From the NCBI GenBank assembly GCA_947630375.1, contig CANRHH010000008.1, forward strand, positions 8,745-72,744: a DNA stretch of 64,000 bases, written 5' to 3'. Position 1 is the first letter of the stretch, and each line of letters opens with the position of its first letter. Of the stretch, positions 36,734-45,899 are shown one piece after another. Made by a program: the position numbers and the translations under genes. The notes beneath the pieces were generated by a model. The model was not told where the DNA came from. It did not search any database and saw nothing but the letters and a program-made list of their open reading frames with translations. The stretch is from an uncultured Oscillospiraceae bacterium. GTDB lineage: Bacteria; Bacillota; Clostridia; Oscillospirales; Oscillospiraceae.

Positions 36734-38786
36734 GAGCTTCTATCCCCAACTGGCCCTGCAGAACATGATGAAAAACGGGAAGTTTTACTTTCCCTATCTG
36801 CTCACCGTGATCTGCACCGCCGCCGCCTTCTATATCTGCGAAGCGCTGTCTTCGTCCCCCTGGGCCGTCGAGGAGGATGCGGTCCGCTACGACTACCTGA
36901 CCATGTTCATGACCATCGGCACCGGGATCCTGGGCCTCTTTATCTTCATTTTCCTGCTGTACACCAACAGCTTCCTGATGAAGCGCCGGGTCCGGGAACT
37001 GGGACTGTACAATGTGCTGGGCATGGGCAAGGGGCATATCGCCCTGGTGCTCATTTACGAGAGCCTCTATACCTGGATCTTAGGCGCAGGGGTGGGCATC
37101 CTGCTGGGGATGCTGCTGCAAAGGCTGGTGATCCTGCTGGCCCGGCGGCTGATGCGGGTGGACCCGCTGGTCCGCTTCAGCATCGTGCCGGAGGCGATCT
37201 GGACCACGCTGGCCTTTTTCGGCCTGTGCCTGCTGCTGACCCTGGCGGTCAATCTGCGGCGGGTCCACGCCCAGAGGCCGGTGGAGCTGCTGCGGGGCGG
37301 CCAGGTGGGGGAGCGGCAGCCCAAGACCCGCTTTTTCATCGCCTTGCTGGCCCTGGTCACCCTGGGCTGGGGCTACGGCATTGCCGTCACCGTCAAAAAC
37401 CCCATCGACGCGCTGGCAATGTATTTTGTCGCCGTGGGGCTGGTGATGATCGGCACCTATTGCCTGTTCTCCGCTTTGAGCATCTTGGTGTTGAAGCTGC
37501 TGCGCTTTAACCGGGGCTATTATTACAAGACCTCCCATTTTATCAGCGTGTCCGGCATGATCCACCGGATGAACCGGAACGCCGTGGGTCTGGGGAACAT
37601 CTGCATTCTGTCCACCATGGTGATGGTGATGATCTCCGGCACCCTCTCCCTCTATGCCGGCACCGAGGACGCGCTGCATGACCGGTACCCGGCCCAGCTG
37701 AACGTCCGGGCCCGCAGCCGCCTGGAGCAGTATTTTGACGTAGAGCAGTTGAAAGAGCGGCTGACAGAGCGGGCGGAGGAGCTGGGCATGAAAATAACGG
37801 GCAGCACCGCCTATCAGGTGACCGCCATGGAGCTCTGCCGGGATGGAGACAGCTTCCGTACCCGATCCAAAGAAGAGAAAAACGGTCCTCTGGACCCGCA
37901 GAACGCCCCTCTGACCGCGGTCTTCATGACCGCCGAGGGTTATACCAGCCTCACCGGGGAGCCGCTGGCTCTGGGCGAGGGAGAGCTGGCCTCCACGGTC
38001 CGCTTCAAGTCCGGCGCGGTCCGCTTTGCAGGCCCCGATGGCGGAGAAGCGCTGGAGTACCGGCAGGCCGGCACTCTGAAAAGCGATTTCTACCTGGCGG
38101 ACTACGGCGTGATGGCTCTGAACACGGTCTACTTTGTCCTGCCGGACGCGGACAGCCTGACGGAGCTGATGCAGCGGACGGCTACGGGCGCTGCCAATTG
38201 GAAAAACGGCTCTGTCACCTGGTATCTGGGCCTGGATACAGATGGGGATGCCGCCGCCCAGCAGCGCCTGGAGGACGCATGCATGGAGCTGCTCGCCTGG
38301 AAGGGAGAACTGACGGACGACAGCGGCCGGCCCTTAGAGTGGGACCTGCTCCAGATCGAGGCCCGGGAGGGCGTGAACACTGAGGACTTCTATGCCCTGA
38401 ACGGCGGCTTTTCCTTCCTGGGGATCTTCCTGGGATTCATCTTCATCGTGGCCATGGCGCTCATTATGTACTACAAGCAGATCTCCGAGGGCTACGAGGA
38501 CCGGGAGCGCTTTCGGATCATGCAGCAGGTGGGGCTTACCAAGCGGGAGATCAAAAAGAGCATCAACGCCCAGGTGCTCATCGTGTTCTTTGCCCCGCTG
38601 CTGGTGGCGGGAGTCCATCTGGCCTTTGACTTCGGCCTGGTGAAGATGCTGCTGACGCTGTTCGGTGTCTACAACAACGCCCTGACCGCCTGGTGCAGCC
38701 TGGCCACCCTCGGCGCTTTTACGCTGGTGTACGCGCTGATGTATATGGCCACGGCCCGGACCTACTATAAGATCGTAAGTGAATAA
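36720..38786 (+). CDS. FtsX-family ABC permease with a large extracellular domain (BceB-type)
   Basis: The 688-aa protein has about 10 TM segments and a roughly 220-aa loop between TM7 and TM8. It overlaps the ATPase gene. Confidence 0.9.
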   Translation: MTVRKSFYPQLALQNMMKNGKFYFPYLLTVICTAAAFYICEALSSSPWAVEEDAVRYDYLTMFMTIGTGILGLFIFIFLLYTNSFLMKRRVRELGLYNVLGMGKGHIALVLIYESLYTWILGAGVGILLGMLLQRLVILLARRLMRVDPLVRFSIVPEAIWTTLAFFGLCLLLTLAVNLRRVHAQRPVELLRGGQVGERQPKTRFFIALLALVTLGWGYGIAVTVKNPIDALAMYFVAVGLVMIGTYCLFSALSILVLKLLRFNRGYYYKTSHFISVSGMIHRMNRNAVGLGNICILSTMVMVMISGTLSLYAGTEDALHDRYPAQLNVRARSRLEQYFDVEQLKERLTERAEELGMKITGSTAYQVTAMELCRDGDSFRTRSKEEKNGPLDPQNAPLTAVFMTAEGYTSLTGEPLALGEGELASTVRFKSGAVRFAGPDGGEALEYRQAGTLKSDFYLADYGVMALNTVYFVLPDADSLTELMQRTATGAANWKNGSVTWYLGLDTDGDAAAQQRLEDACMELLAWKGELTDDSGRPLEWDLLQIEAREGVNTEDFYALNGGFSFLGIFLGFIFIVAMALIMYYKQISEGYEDRERFRIMQQVGLTKREIKKSINAQVLIVFFAPLLVAGVHLAFDFGLVKMLLTLFGVYNNALTAWCSLATLGAFTLVYALMYMATARTYYKIVSE

Positions 38787-38798
38787 TAGATATAAAAA

Positions 38799-38840
38799 CC
38801 TGCCAGGGAAGGGTCAAAACGGCCCTTCTCTGGCAGGTTT
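38799..38840. terminator. Terminator after the Bce permease gene
   Basis: CCTGCCAGGGAAGGG-TCAAAACGG-CCCTTCTCTGGCAGG followed by TTT. Confidence 0.8.
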
Positions 38841-38850
38841 GCGATGTTAT

Positions 38851-38979
38851 TCAGCCTTTAGCAACGTCCAGGGCGCCGAGAAACAGGTCCCGGATGGCGT
38901 CCGGGTCCGGGAAATTGTGGGTCTGGATATAGACCCGCTTTCCCCGGCAGTAGTCGATCAGGTCCAGAAATTCTTTCAT
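38851..38979 (-). pseudogene. 42-codon remnant of the N-terminus of a DHH-family phosphoesterase (NrnA-like)
   Basis: The hand translation is MKEFLDLIDYCRGKRVYIQTHNFPDPDAIRDLFLGALDVAKG*. HNFPDPDA matches DHH motif I. The ORF stops just before the convergent terminator with no continuation in any frame. Confidence 0.4.
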
Positions 38980-39012
38980 AAAAGGAAGCACTCCTTTTCG
39001 TCTGATACAGTG

Positions 39013-40650
39013 TCAGTTGAAAGCCGTGAAGGCTGAGACGGACAGCGCCTTGGCAAAGGCGCCGCAGGCGTCGTCCGGGAGGCGGCCGTCCCCCTCCGCG
39101 TCCAGAGAGGCGCGGAGCGCCCCCATAAAGGCCCGGAGGGCCTGCCCGCCGCCATCTTCTCCAAAGGCGCCGTCCGCTCCGGCGGCAGCCGGGGCCGGCG
39201 CACTCTCTGTCTCCGCGCTTTCCACCGCGGGGGAGGCGGCCGGCTGGGGGGCGCTGTCCGCCGAAGGCTCCGCCTCCGCCGGGGGCGGGGGTAGGATCTG
39301 CTCACAGGCGGGGATCCGCTCTGCCAGATAGGCAAAGAAGCGCTCCCGCTCGGCCGCGCAGCGGATATAAGCGGGGCTTGTCCGTCCGGCACCGCTGGTC
39401 ATGTTGCCGAAGCAGACCGGCAGCTGTTCCTCCCCCTGCCCGGCGCGAACCGTGAGCAGGACGCCCAGATCGGCGATCAGCTCCTCCCGGCTTTGCCCGG
39501 GCGCTTCGCCGTTGAAGGAGAACAGGCTGCTGACCAGATCCCGGGAAGCCTTGGTCTCCACCGCCTCGGCCTTCACCAGGCTGTCCAGCGGATAGGCCTC
39601 GGAAATCTCCCTGCCGCCCTGGCGGAGCACATGGAAGAGCCCCCGCTCCTCATGGATCTCCAGCCGCTCGTTCATGCCAAAGCTGAGGGTATAGCCCTCG
39701 GTGCGTTCTTTTATGTAAGGGGCGACGGCAGACTCCAGGAAAGCGCGCAGCTCGTCCTGGACCTCCTTATCTACCGTATAGGTCTTGGTGGAGGCATTGG
39801 TCAGATCCGCCGTGAGGGAGCCACCAGAGACGGCAAAGGAGCGGATCTCCCGAAAAGCCACGGTCTCGCTCTGCCCGGCCTCGGCGGTGTAAACCAGCCG
39901 GTCGGCATAGACATGGAGCGTCCCCTTCCCAAAGCCCTGGCCGCTCAGCATGGAGAAGTAGATCCCCTGGGCCAGCAGCGCCGCCTTCCGCTCCTCCAGA
40001 AACGGGCGCAGCGCCTCCGAAAGAAAGGAGCCAAGCTCCTCCCGGAGCTCCTTATCCACGGTAAAGGCCCTTTTGCTCCCGTCAAGGAAGCTCAGCTCCA
40101 GCGACCCGGCGGGAGAGACGCGGGCGGACCGCATGTCCCGGTAAAACAGCGTGTCGCTCTTGCCGGCGGGGGAGAGGTATTCCGCCCGGTCCTCCAGCAG
40201 GTTCAGCACGCCGCCGCCGAGCACTCCGCCCAGGCCGGAGGGGCTGCTGGGGAAGGAGTATCGGATGCCCTGGGCCAAAAGCCGCTCCCGGCGCTGGGCC
40301 AGGAAGGGCCTGCTGGCCTGCTCGATGCTGTAATATGCCTCGTGCAGGTTCTTCCGGCTCACGGAGCAGGACTCGGTCCGCCCGTCCTCCATCAGGAAGT
40401 TGATCCGGTCCAGCCCCTTTTTCAGGGACACCAGCGAAGCGTAGGGGAGGACCATCTTCTGCACCCGGCTGAACACAAACTCCGTCCGGTCCCGGTAGAC
40501 CAGCAGCTGGCCGGACTTGAGCAGGCCCTTGACCTCACACTGGTAGAGAGGCCGGTCCTCTCCCGGAGCTCCGGGCAGAAGTTTCCCTCCGCAATAGGGG
40601 CAGACCGCCGTCCCCTCCGCTACTTCTTTTCCACAGGTATCGCATCGCAT
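39013..40650 (-). CDS. Zinc-ribbon protein with three to four tandem PH-like repeats and an Ala/Pro/Glu-rich tail (function unknown)
   Basis: The ATG at 40650 follows GAGGAGGA. The N-terminus is a CxxC...CxxC ribbon (MRCDTCGKEV...CPYCGG). Internal repeats of about 95 aa each end in ...RPFLxxRxxxLLAQGIxxS. Confidence 0.8.
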   Translation of the reverse strand: MRCDTCGKEVAEGTAVCPYCGGKLLPGAPGEDRPLYQCEVKGLLKSGQLLVYRDRTEFVFSRVQKMVLPYASLVSLKKGLDRINFLMEDGRTESCSVSRKNLHEAYYSIEQASRPFLAQRRERLLAQGIRYSFPSSPSGLGGVLGGGVLNLLEDRAEYLSPAGKSDTLFYRDMRSARVSPAGSLELSFLDGSKRAFTVDKELREELGSFLSEALRPFLEERKAALLAQGIYFSMLSGQGFGKGTLHVYADRLVYTAEAGQSETVAFREIRSFAVSGGSLTADLTNASTKTYTVDKEVQDELRAFLESAVAPYIKERTEGYTLSFGMNERLEIHEERGLFHVLRQGGREISEAYPLDSLVKAEAVETKASRDLVSSLFSFNGEAPGQSREELIADLGVLLTVRAGQGEEQLPVCFGNMTSGAGRTSPAYIRCAAERERFFAYLAERIPACEQILPPPPAEAEPSADSAPQPAASPAVESAETESAPAPAAAGADGAFGEDGGGQALRAFMGALRASLDAEGDGRLPDDACGAFAKALSVSAFTAFN

Positions 40651-40873
40651 AGAGGCATCCTCCTCTCGCGGGAAAACGCAAGACGCGCCGCGTTTTGATT
40701 GTTTCACGTATAAATATACAGGATTTTCCGCCGGTTTTCAAGCCCCGGCGCCCCATTCGTCCCGGCCTTTTTGCGGAGAGCCGGAGCAAACCGGAACGGT
40801 TGACAGGAGGCCGGGAATGGGCAGCAAATAGAAAACAGGGCCGCCTGTTGAGGGCGGCCCTGCTTGCCGGTTT

Positions 40874-41122
40874 TCAGCCGGCAGAGGCGAATTTCTGCTT
40901 GACCTGCTGGATCTTCTGGGGCTGGGCCTGCTCGGCGGCATACCAGCCGTGGTCGGCCATCTGCTTGTAGATGGCGCTCTGCATACACAAAGCGTCGTTC
41001 AGAGCCGTGTTGAACGCCTGGTGGATGTTGGGCGTACCGGACTCGATGGACCCGTGCAGATACAGGTCGCAGACGCCCTTGGTCGTCAGCAGGATGCCTT
41101 CCATGAGTTCTTTGTCATTCAT
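40874..41122 (-). CDS. Spore coat protein F-like (Coat_F domain)
   Basis: The pattern MNDKELMEGILLTTKGVCDLYLHGSIES..P.I...F...L......Q..IY..M...GWY fits the CotF family. Confidence 0.8.
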   Translation of the reverse strand: MNDKELMEGILLTTKGVCDLYLHGSIESGTPNIHQAFNTALNDALCMQSAIYKQMADHGWYAAEQAQPQKIQQVKQKFASAG

Positions 41123-41134
41123 CGGGGTTCCTCC

Positions 41135-41308
41135 TTATACCAGGTTGTAGAACTGGGTAAACAGCTTCTGGTTGCCGTTTACAAGCTGCTGCACCTGCTG
41201 GCGCAGGGCAGGATCGGAAAGCTGGCTGGCCGCGGTGCGGCACTGGTTCATGAGAAACTGGGTGTGGCCGAGCGCGTCTTCAATATAAAGCAGCTCTTTA
41301 GGACTCAT
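41135..41308 (-). CDS. 57-aa helical protein co-transcribed upstream of the CotF-like gene
   Basis: The hand translation is MSPKELLYIEDALGHTQFLMNQCRTAASQLSDPALRQQVQQLVNGNQKLFTQFYNLV. The RBS is GAGGTGAT. It ends 12 nt before the cotF-like start. Confidence 0.55.
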   Translation of the reverse strand: MSPKELLYIEDALGHTQFLMNQCRTAASQLSDPALRQQVQQLVNGNQKLFTQFYNLV

Positions 41309-41600
41309 TTTTTATCACCTCGGCCTTAGTATCTGCGCGCGGAAGACCCTTAACCCAGGCAAATTCTGCTTTTTTGTCCAATACTGACAAAACGGCGGCC
41401 GGAAAATGTGAAAAATCACGGTTGGCAAGGGCGGAAGTTTCTGCTAAAATAAAAAGCGAATAAACTTGGAAAGAAAGGGGTAAGAGTATGAAAAAGCTCA
41501 GCATCGCCACCTTTATCGGCTGCCTCGCCACGCTTATAATCTATTACCATCAGCATACCACGGCCTGAACCGGGCCGGATCTCACCGGGAGGAAGCGGAA

Positions 41601-41879
41601 ATGGACATTTTGCCGGGCGTGCTGGCGGGCCTGGTCTGGGGCGCGCTGGCCGCGCTGCTCAACGGCGCCATCAGCAAAAGCTGCATGAAAAAGAACACGG
41701 CCACTGCCATGATGGCGGCCAATACCGCCCGGATGGCGGTGGATATCGCCGCGCTGGCGGCGGTGTTTCTGCTGCGCAGGCGGCTGCCCTTCCGCTATGA
41801 GGCCGCTCTGATCGGCACGGCCATCGCCCTGTCGGTGGTGACGATCGTGGTGACCTTCCGCCTGACCAGACCGAAATAA
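41601..41879 (+). CDS. Small membrane protein (three hydrophobic segments, AtpI-like pattern, uncertain)
   Basis: The 92-aa ORF has normal hydrophobic composition. The RBS GGGAGGAAG lies upstream. Confidence 0.5.
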   Translation: MDILPGVLAGLVWGALAALLNGAISKSCMKKNTATAMMAANTARMAVDIAALAAVFLLRRRLPFRYEAALIGTAIALSVVTIVVTFRLTRPK

Positions 41880-42242
41880 GACCAACATGATTCAAATGCG
41901 ACCCGCTTCGCTGGGCTCGCATTTGATACTCGCGCTTATCGCCCTTCGGTTGGTCGGCGTGGCGTCAGAACAAGGCTGTAAAGCCATTTAGCGGTCCAAG
42001 GCCCGCCAAATCGGCGGTCAGCCTTGTTCTTCCTTACCAAAACCAAAGCATATGCTTTGGTTTTGAGAGGAGGCAGAGTGGAGCAAATGAGCTTTCCCGT
42101 TTACGGGGAAGCGAATGCGTGGAGCTTCTGCCGACGACATGCGGCTCAGAGTGTTTTTGAGGCGGCAAAGCTGCCTCAAAAACAAATTTAATTCTATATT
42201 GCTACGCTTCGGCAGACTTAGAACAGCTATGTCCACAATCTG

Positions 42243-42280
42243 AAATACTCCCATGCGCACAGCGCATGGGAGTATTTTTT
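42243..42280. terminator. Strong hairpin terminator downstream of the SPFH gene
   Basis: AATACTCCCATGCGC-ACA-GCGCATGGGAGTATT has a T-run on the plus strand and an A-rich 5' flank. Confidence 0.75.
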
Positions 42281-42292
42281 AGCCCCGCGGCT

Positions 42293-43156
42293 TTAGCTCA
42301 GATCTTCCAGAGGGACGTTGATCAGATTGCCGCCGGACTCCCCGGTGACCTTGGGCAGAGCCCCGTCCCAGGTGTCATAAAAGCGGTTTTGCAAAATCTC
42401 GTCGGTGAGGGACTCGGCAATGCGCCGGTTGGCCTCGGCCTCGGCCTCCGCCTCGATCAGACGGGCGTCCGCCTCTGCCTGGGCCTCGATGCGGACCACC
42501 GCGGCGTCCGCCTCCGCCTCGATCTTGGCCCGCTCGGCCTCGGTCTCGGCCCGGAGCTTGTTCTGCTGGGCTACCTGCTTCTCCTCCACAGCGGTGGTGA
42601 AGGCGTCGGTAAAGTCCATGTCCTCGATGGAGGTGCTCACCAGCTCGATGTTGAAGGCCTTCAGCTTCTCCGCCAGCTCCACCTCGATGGCGCTGGCCAG
42701 GCTGGAGCGCTGGCTCACCAAGTTCTCGGCGGTGTATTTAGCGGTGATGACCTTGGTGGACTCGGTGATGCAGGGGACGATCACGGTGTTATAGTACTCG
42801 GTGCCGATGCTGCGGTAGATGTTCTGAGCATTGGCCTGGTTGATCTGGTAGTTCACCGTGTAGACCATGCTGACCTCCTGGATATCCGAGGAGAAGCAGG
42901 ACAGGTCCACGGTCTGCTTCTGGATCCGGTTGTCCATCATGACCACCCGCTGCCAGGGCAGCTTGAAGTGCACGCCGGAGTCATAGGTGTAATTCTCCAC
43001 GGAGCCGAAGGTGGTCACCACCCCGGTGTGCCCGGTGGGGACGGTGGTCACGCAGGACATGCCCACCACCGCGACGATAAACAGAATGAGCAGGACGGTG
43101 ATGACGACGCCGAACTTGCGGCCCGCGTGGCGGGGGGACGGATTTTCAAAGGGCAT
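42293..43156 (-). CDS. SPFH/Band 7 (prohibitin-like) membrane protein
   Basis: It has an N-terminal TM anchor, an SPFH core (GHTGVVTTFG...) and an Ala/Glu-rich coiled-coil (EAEAEAERAKIEAEA). Confidence 0.9.
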   Translation of the reverse strand: MPFENPSPRHAGRKFGVVITVLLILFIVAVVGMSCVTTVPTGHTGVVTTFGSVENYTYDSGVHFKLPWQRVVMMDNRIQKQTVDLSCFSSDIQEVSMVYTVNYQINQANAQNIYRSIGTEYYNTVIVPCITESTKVITAKYTAENLVSQRSSLASAIEVELAEKLKAFNIELVSTSIEDMDFTDAFTTAVEEKQVAQQNKLRAETEAERAKIEAEADAAVVRIEAQAEADARLIEAEAEAEANRRIAESLTDEILQNRFYDTWDGALPKVTGESGGNLINVPLEDLS

Positions 43157-43244
43157 AACAGATCTCCTTTCTTCCCGGCGGGAATTATAATTTTTACTAT
43201 GTAGGCTATTTTACCACAGAACGAAAGAAATGACAAGGGACGGG

Positions 43245-44354
43245 CTATCCGCGCAGCAGCGCCGCCGCCTGGCGCAGCTCCGCCTCCAGGGCCTCCCGGT
43301 TCCGGACAAAGTCCGCCTCCGCCTCCGGCAGATGGGGGCTCTGCGTCCGGCTGATCTCCAGCAGCAGCGCGGCGAGGGGCGAGCCCCCTTCCATACTCCC
43401 GACAGCCAGGGCGGGGACCAGGCCGCCGGAGAGGGCGGCTTCCGCCGGCCGTTCAGCGGCGCAGAGCCAGGCGAGAAAGTCCGCCGCCGGCCGCTCCCGG
43501 CCGGGCCGGGCGGTGAAGGCCAGGCCCCAGCCTCTGGCCAGGTAGATGTCTCCGTCCTCCATCCGGGGCAGCCGGGTGACCGTCCGGTCCCCCAAGTCCC
43601 GCCCGGCCAGGGCGGAGGAGGCCAGCGCCGCGCAGGATACATACCCCGCCTCCACCAGCTCCGCCGCGGGGGCCTCAAAGGCGGCCAGGCCGCCGGTGTA
43701 CGCCGCCTGGGCCAGCTGATTATAGGTGTTTACATAATTCTCTTCCGCCAGATCCAGCTGCCGGAGGCCGTGGAGCTGGGTCCCCTGGGAGAGCAGGGCC
43801 TCATACAGCAGGCCGGAGAAGGAGTCCGCCGTCAGGAAGGGCAGGCCGGTCTCGGCTCCATAGGCTTCGGCCCGCTCCGAAAGGGCGGGGAGCCGGTCAA
43901 AGCTGCCCGCCTCGGGCCGGGCGTAGAGCAGCTGGGCCTCAAAGCCTAAGGGAAAATAGCTCTGGCCAATGCAGGGGGAGTACAGAGCCAGCGCCTCCGG
44001 GTAGGAGGGCGTGTCCGGCCCCAAAAAGGAGACCACGCCGGACAGGGCGCCGGAGGCATAGAGGGAGAAGGCCCGCTCGTGGGAGCACAGGAGCAGGTCG
44101 GGCCGGGCCGTGTCAAAGGCGGCGGCCAGAGCCGCCTCGTCCGCAAAGCTGCGGACCTCCACCGGAGTCCCCTTCCGGCCCAGGGGGGCGTTATAGTCCG
44201 CCGCGAGACGGGCCAGCTCCCCGGCCAGAGGCTGCCCCTCCGCCACCCAGAGAGATACGGCGTCCTTCGTACCCCCGGCACCGCCGCAGGCCCCCAAGGC
44301 CGGGCAGAGCAGCAGGAGCAGCAGGGCCACCAGGGCCCGGATCTTTCGTTTCAT
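43245..44354 (-). CDS. Lipoprotein resembling an extracellular solute-binding protein
   Basis: It has a lipobox (LLLCPALGAC-G) and SBP-like length and composition. No permease genes are adjacent. Confidence 0.65.
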   Translation of the reverse strand: MKRKIRALVALLLLLLCPALGACGGAGGTKDAVSLWVAEGQPLAGELARLAADYNAPLGRKGTPVEVRSFADEAALAAAFDTARPDLLLCSHERAFSLYASGALSGVVSFLGPDTPSYPEALALYSPCIGQSYFPLGFEAQLLYARPEAGSFDRLPALSERAEAYGAETGLPFLTADSFSGLLYEALLSQGTQLHGLRQLDLAEENYVNTYNQLAQAAYTGGLAAFEAPAAELVEAGYVSCAALASSALAGRDLGDRTVTRLPRMEDGDIYLARGWGLAFTARPGRERPAADFLAWLCAAERPAEAALSGGLVPALAVGSMEGGSPLAALLLEISRTQSPHLPEAEADFVRNREALEAELRQAAALLRG

Positions 44355-44487
44355 AGGCGAGACTCTCTTTCCGCTTTTTTGCTTACCTTTCCTCTTTTAT
44401 ATCACGAACCGGACAAAAAAACAAGCCGCTTGCCAAAAGGCGGCAGCGGGGGTATACTGTGACAAAAGAAAACGGGGGGATGCGGCT

Positions 44488-45141
44488 GTGAAGAAAAAGG
44501 CTGTGCTGTTTGATATGGACGGGACCGTGCTGGACACCTTGGAGGATCTGGCCCGGGCGGTGAACCGGGCGCTGGAGGAGTTCGGCCTGCCGGCGGTAGG
44601 CCGGGGACAGGTCCGGGCAGCTTTGGGAAACGGGGCGGCCCGGCTGATCGGGGCCTGCGTCCCCGCCGGGACGGCGCCGGAGCTGACAGAACAGGTGCTG
44701 GCCTGGTATAAGCCCTGGTACGCCGCTCACTGCCGGGAGGAGACCCGGCCTTATGAAGGGATCCTGCCTCTGATGGAGCATCTGAAGGCGGCAGGGGTCC
44801 GGATGGCCGTGGTCTCCAATAAGCCGGACGGGGCGGTGCAGGAGCTGGCGGCGGCCTTTTTCCCGGGGCTGCTGGAGGCCGCCGTGGGCGAGCGGCCGGG
44901 CGTGGGCCGCAAGCCGGACCCGGCCTCGGTACTGGCGGCGGCGGAGCTGCTGGGCGCCGGGCGGGAGGAATGCGTCTATGTGGGGGACTCGGAGGTGGAT
45001 GTCCGCACGGCGGAAAACGCGGGCATGGCCTGCGTGGCAGTCACCTGGGGCTTCCGGGACGAGCCGGAGCTGCGCGCCGCCGGGGCGGAACGCCTGGCCC
45101 ACAGCCCGGCGGAGCTGGAAAAGCTTTTACTGTCAGAATAA
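44488..45141 (+). CDS. HAD-superfamily hydrolase (phosphoglycolate phosphatase-like)
   Basis: HAD motif I (VLFDMDGTVLDT), motif II (VSNK) and motif IV (YVGDSEVD) are present. Confidence 0.85.
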   Translation: MKKKAVLFDMDGTVLDTLEDLARAVNRALEEFGLPAVGRGQVRAALGNGAARLIGACVPAGTAPELTEQVLAWYKPWYAAHCREETRPYEGILPLMEHLKAAGVRMAVVSNKPDGAVQELAAAFFPGLLEAAVGERPGVGRKPDPASVLAAAELLGAGREECVYVGDSEVDVRTAENAGMACVAVTWGFRDEPELRAAGAERLAHSPAELEKLLLSE

Positions 45142-45144
45142 TAT

Positions 45145-45180
45145 AAACAGATCCCGGCGCTTTTGCGCCGGGATCTGTTT
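45145..45180. terminator. Bidirectional terminator between the HAD hydrolase gene and rsmG
   Basis: AAACAGATCCCGGCGC-TTTT-GCGCCGGGATCTGTTT. Confidence 0.85.
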
Positions 45181-45883
45181 ATAATGGTTTGCTTTTGATC
45201 TGGGCCCAGCGGCGGGGGTACTTGGCCGGGGTGGGGGAGACCTTGCGGATCAGCACCGCGCTGTGCACCGCGTCCGTGCCGGGGATGGGGTACTTCTCCA
45301 CCTTCTCCACCCGGCCGCCCAGCAGGGCCAGGCCCCGTTTGGCCTCCCTGATCTCCTCCTCCGGGTCCGGCCCCTTCATGGCGATGAACAGTCCGCCGGG
45401 CTTTACAAAGGGCAGGCACAGCTCTCCCAGCAGATTCAGCCGGGCCACCGCCCGGGCCGTGGCGATGTCAAAGGCCTCCCGCAGCGCCGGCGGCGCCTCC
45501 TCCGCCCGGGCGTGGACGCAGTTTACGTCCTCCAGGCCCAGCCGGCCGCAGAGCTCCCGGAGAAAGCGCACGCGCTTGTCCAGGCTGTCCAACAGGGTCA
45601 GATCCAGCCGGGGCCGGGCGATCTTCAGGACAAGACCCGGGAAACCTGCCCCGGAGCCCACGTCGATGAGAGACTTGCCCTCGAGATCCGCCAGCGCCAG
45701 CAGGGCGGCGCAGTCCAAAAAATGCAGCCGGGCCACGTCCTGCTCCCCGGAGATGGCCGTCAGGTTCATGACCCGGTTGACCTCCTCCAGGTATTCGTAA
45801 TAGCCCCGGTAACGGCCCAGGGCCGTTTCGTCCAGAGACAGGCCCAGGCCGGCGAACCCGTCGGTCAGCAGCGATTCCAGCAT
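45179..45883 (-). CDS. rsmG: 16S rRNA (guanine527-N7)-methyltransferase RsmG
   Basis: GidB family similarity is present (HFLDC..L, the SAM motif IDVGSGAGFPGLVLKI). Confidence 0.93.
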   Translation of the reverse strand: MLESLLTDGFAGLGLSLDETALGRYRGYYEYLEEVNRVMNLTAISGEQDVARLHFLDCAALLALADLEGKSLIDVGSGAGFPGLVLKIARPRLDLTLLDSLDKRVRFLRELCGRLGLEDVNCVHARAEEAPPALREAFDIATARAVARLNLLGELCLPFVKPGGLFIAMKGPDPEEEIREAKRGLALLGGRVEKVEKYPIPGTDAVHSAVLIRKVSPTPAKYPRRWAQIKSKPL

Positions 45884-45899
45884 GGCGTTCTCCTCAAGA

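Noticed and set aside
38779-39036. An 85-aa plus-strand ORF lies after the Bce permease gene.
   Set aside because: It runs through the terminator hairpin, lies antisense to the DHH remnant, and has no RBS or family resemblance.
41488-41568. A 26-codon hydrophobic ORF (MKKLSIATFIGCLATLIIYYHQHTTA) lies upstream of the small membrane protein gene.
   Set aside because: It has an ATG and a weak GGGG-type RBS but no duplicated leader, no family resemblance and no other support. The evidence is insufficient to call it.
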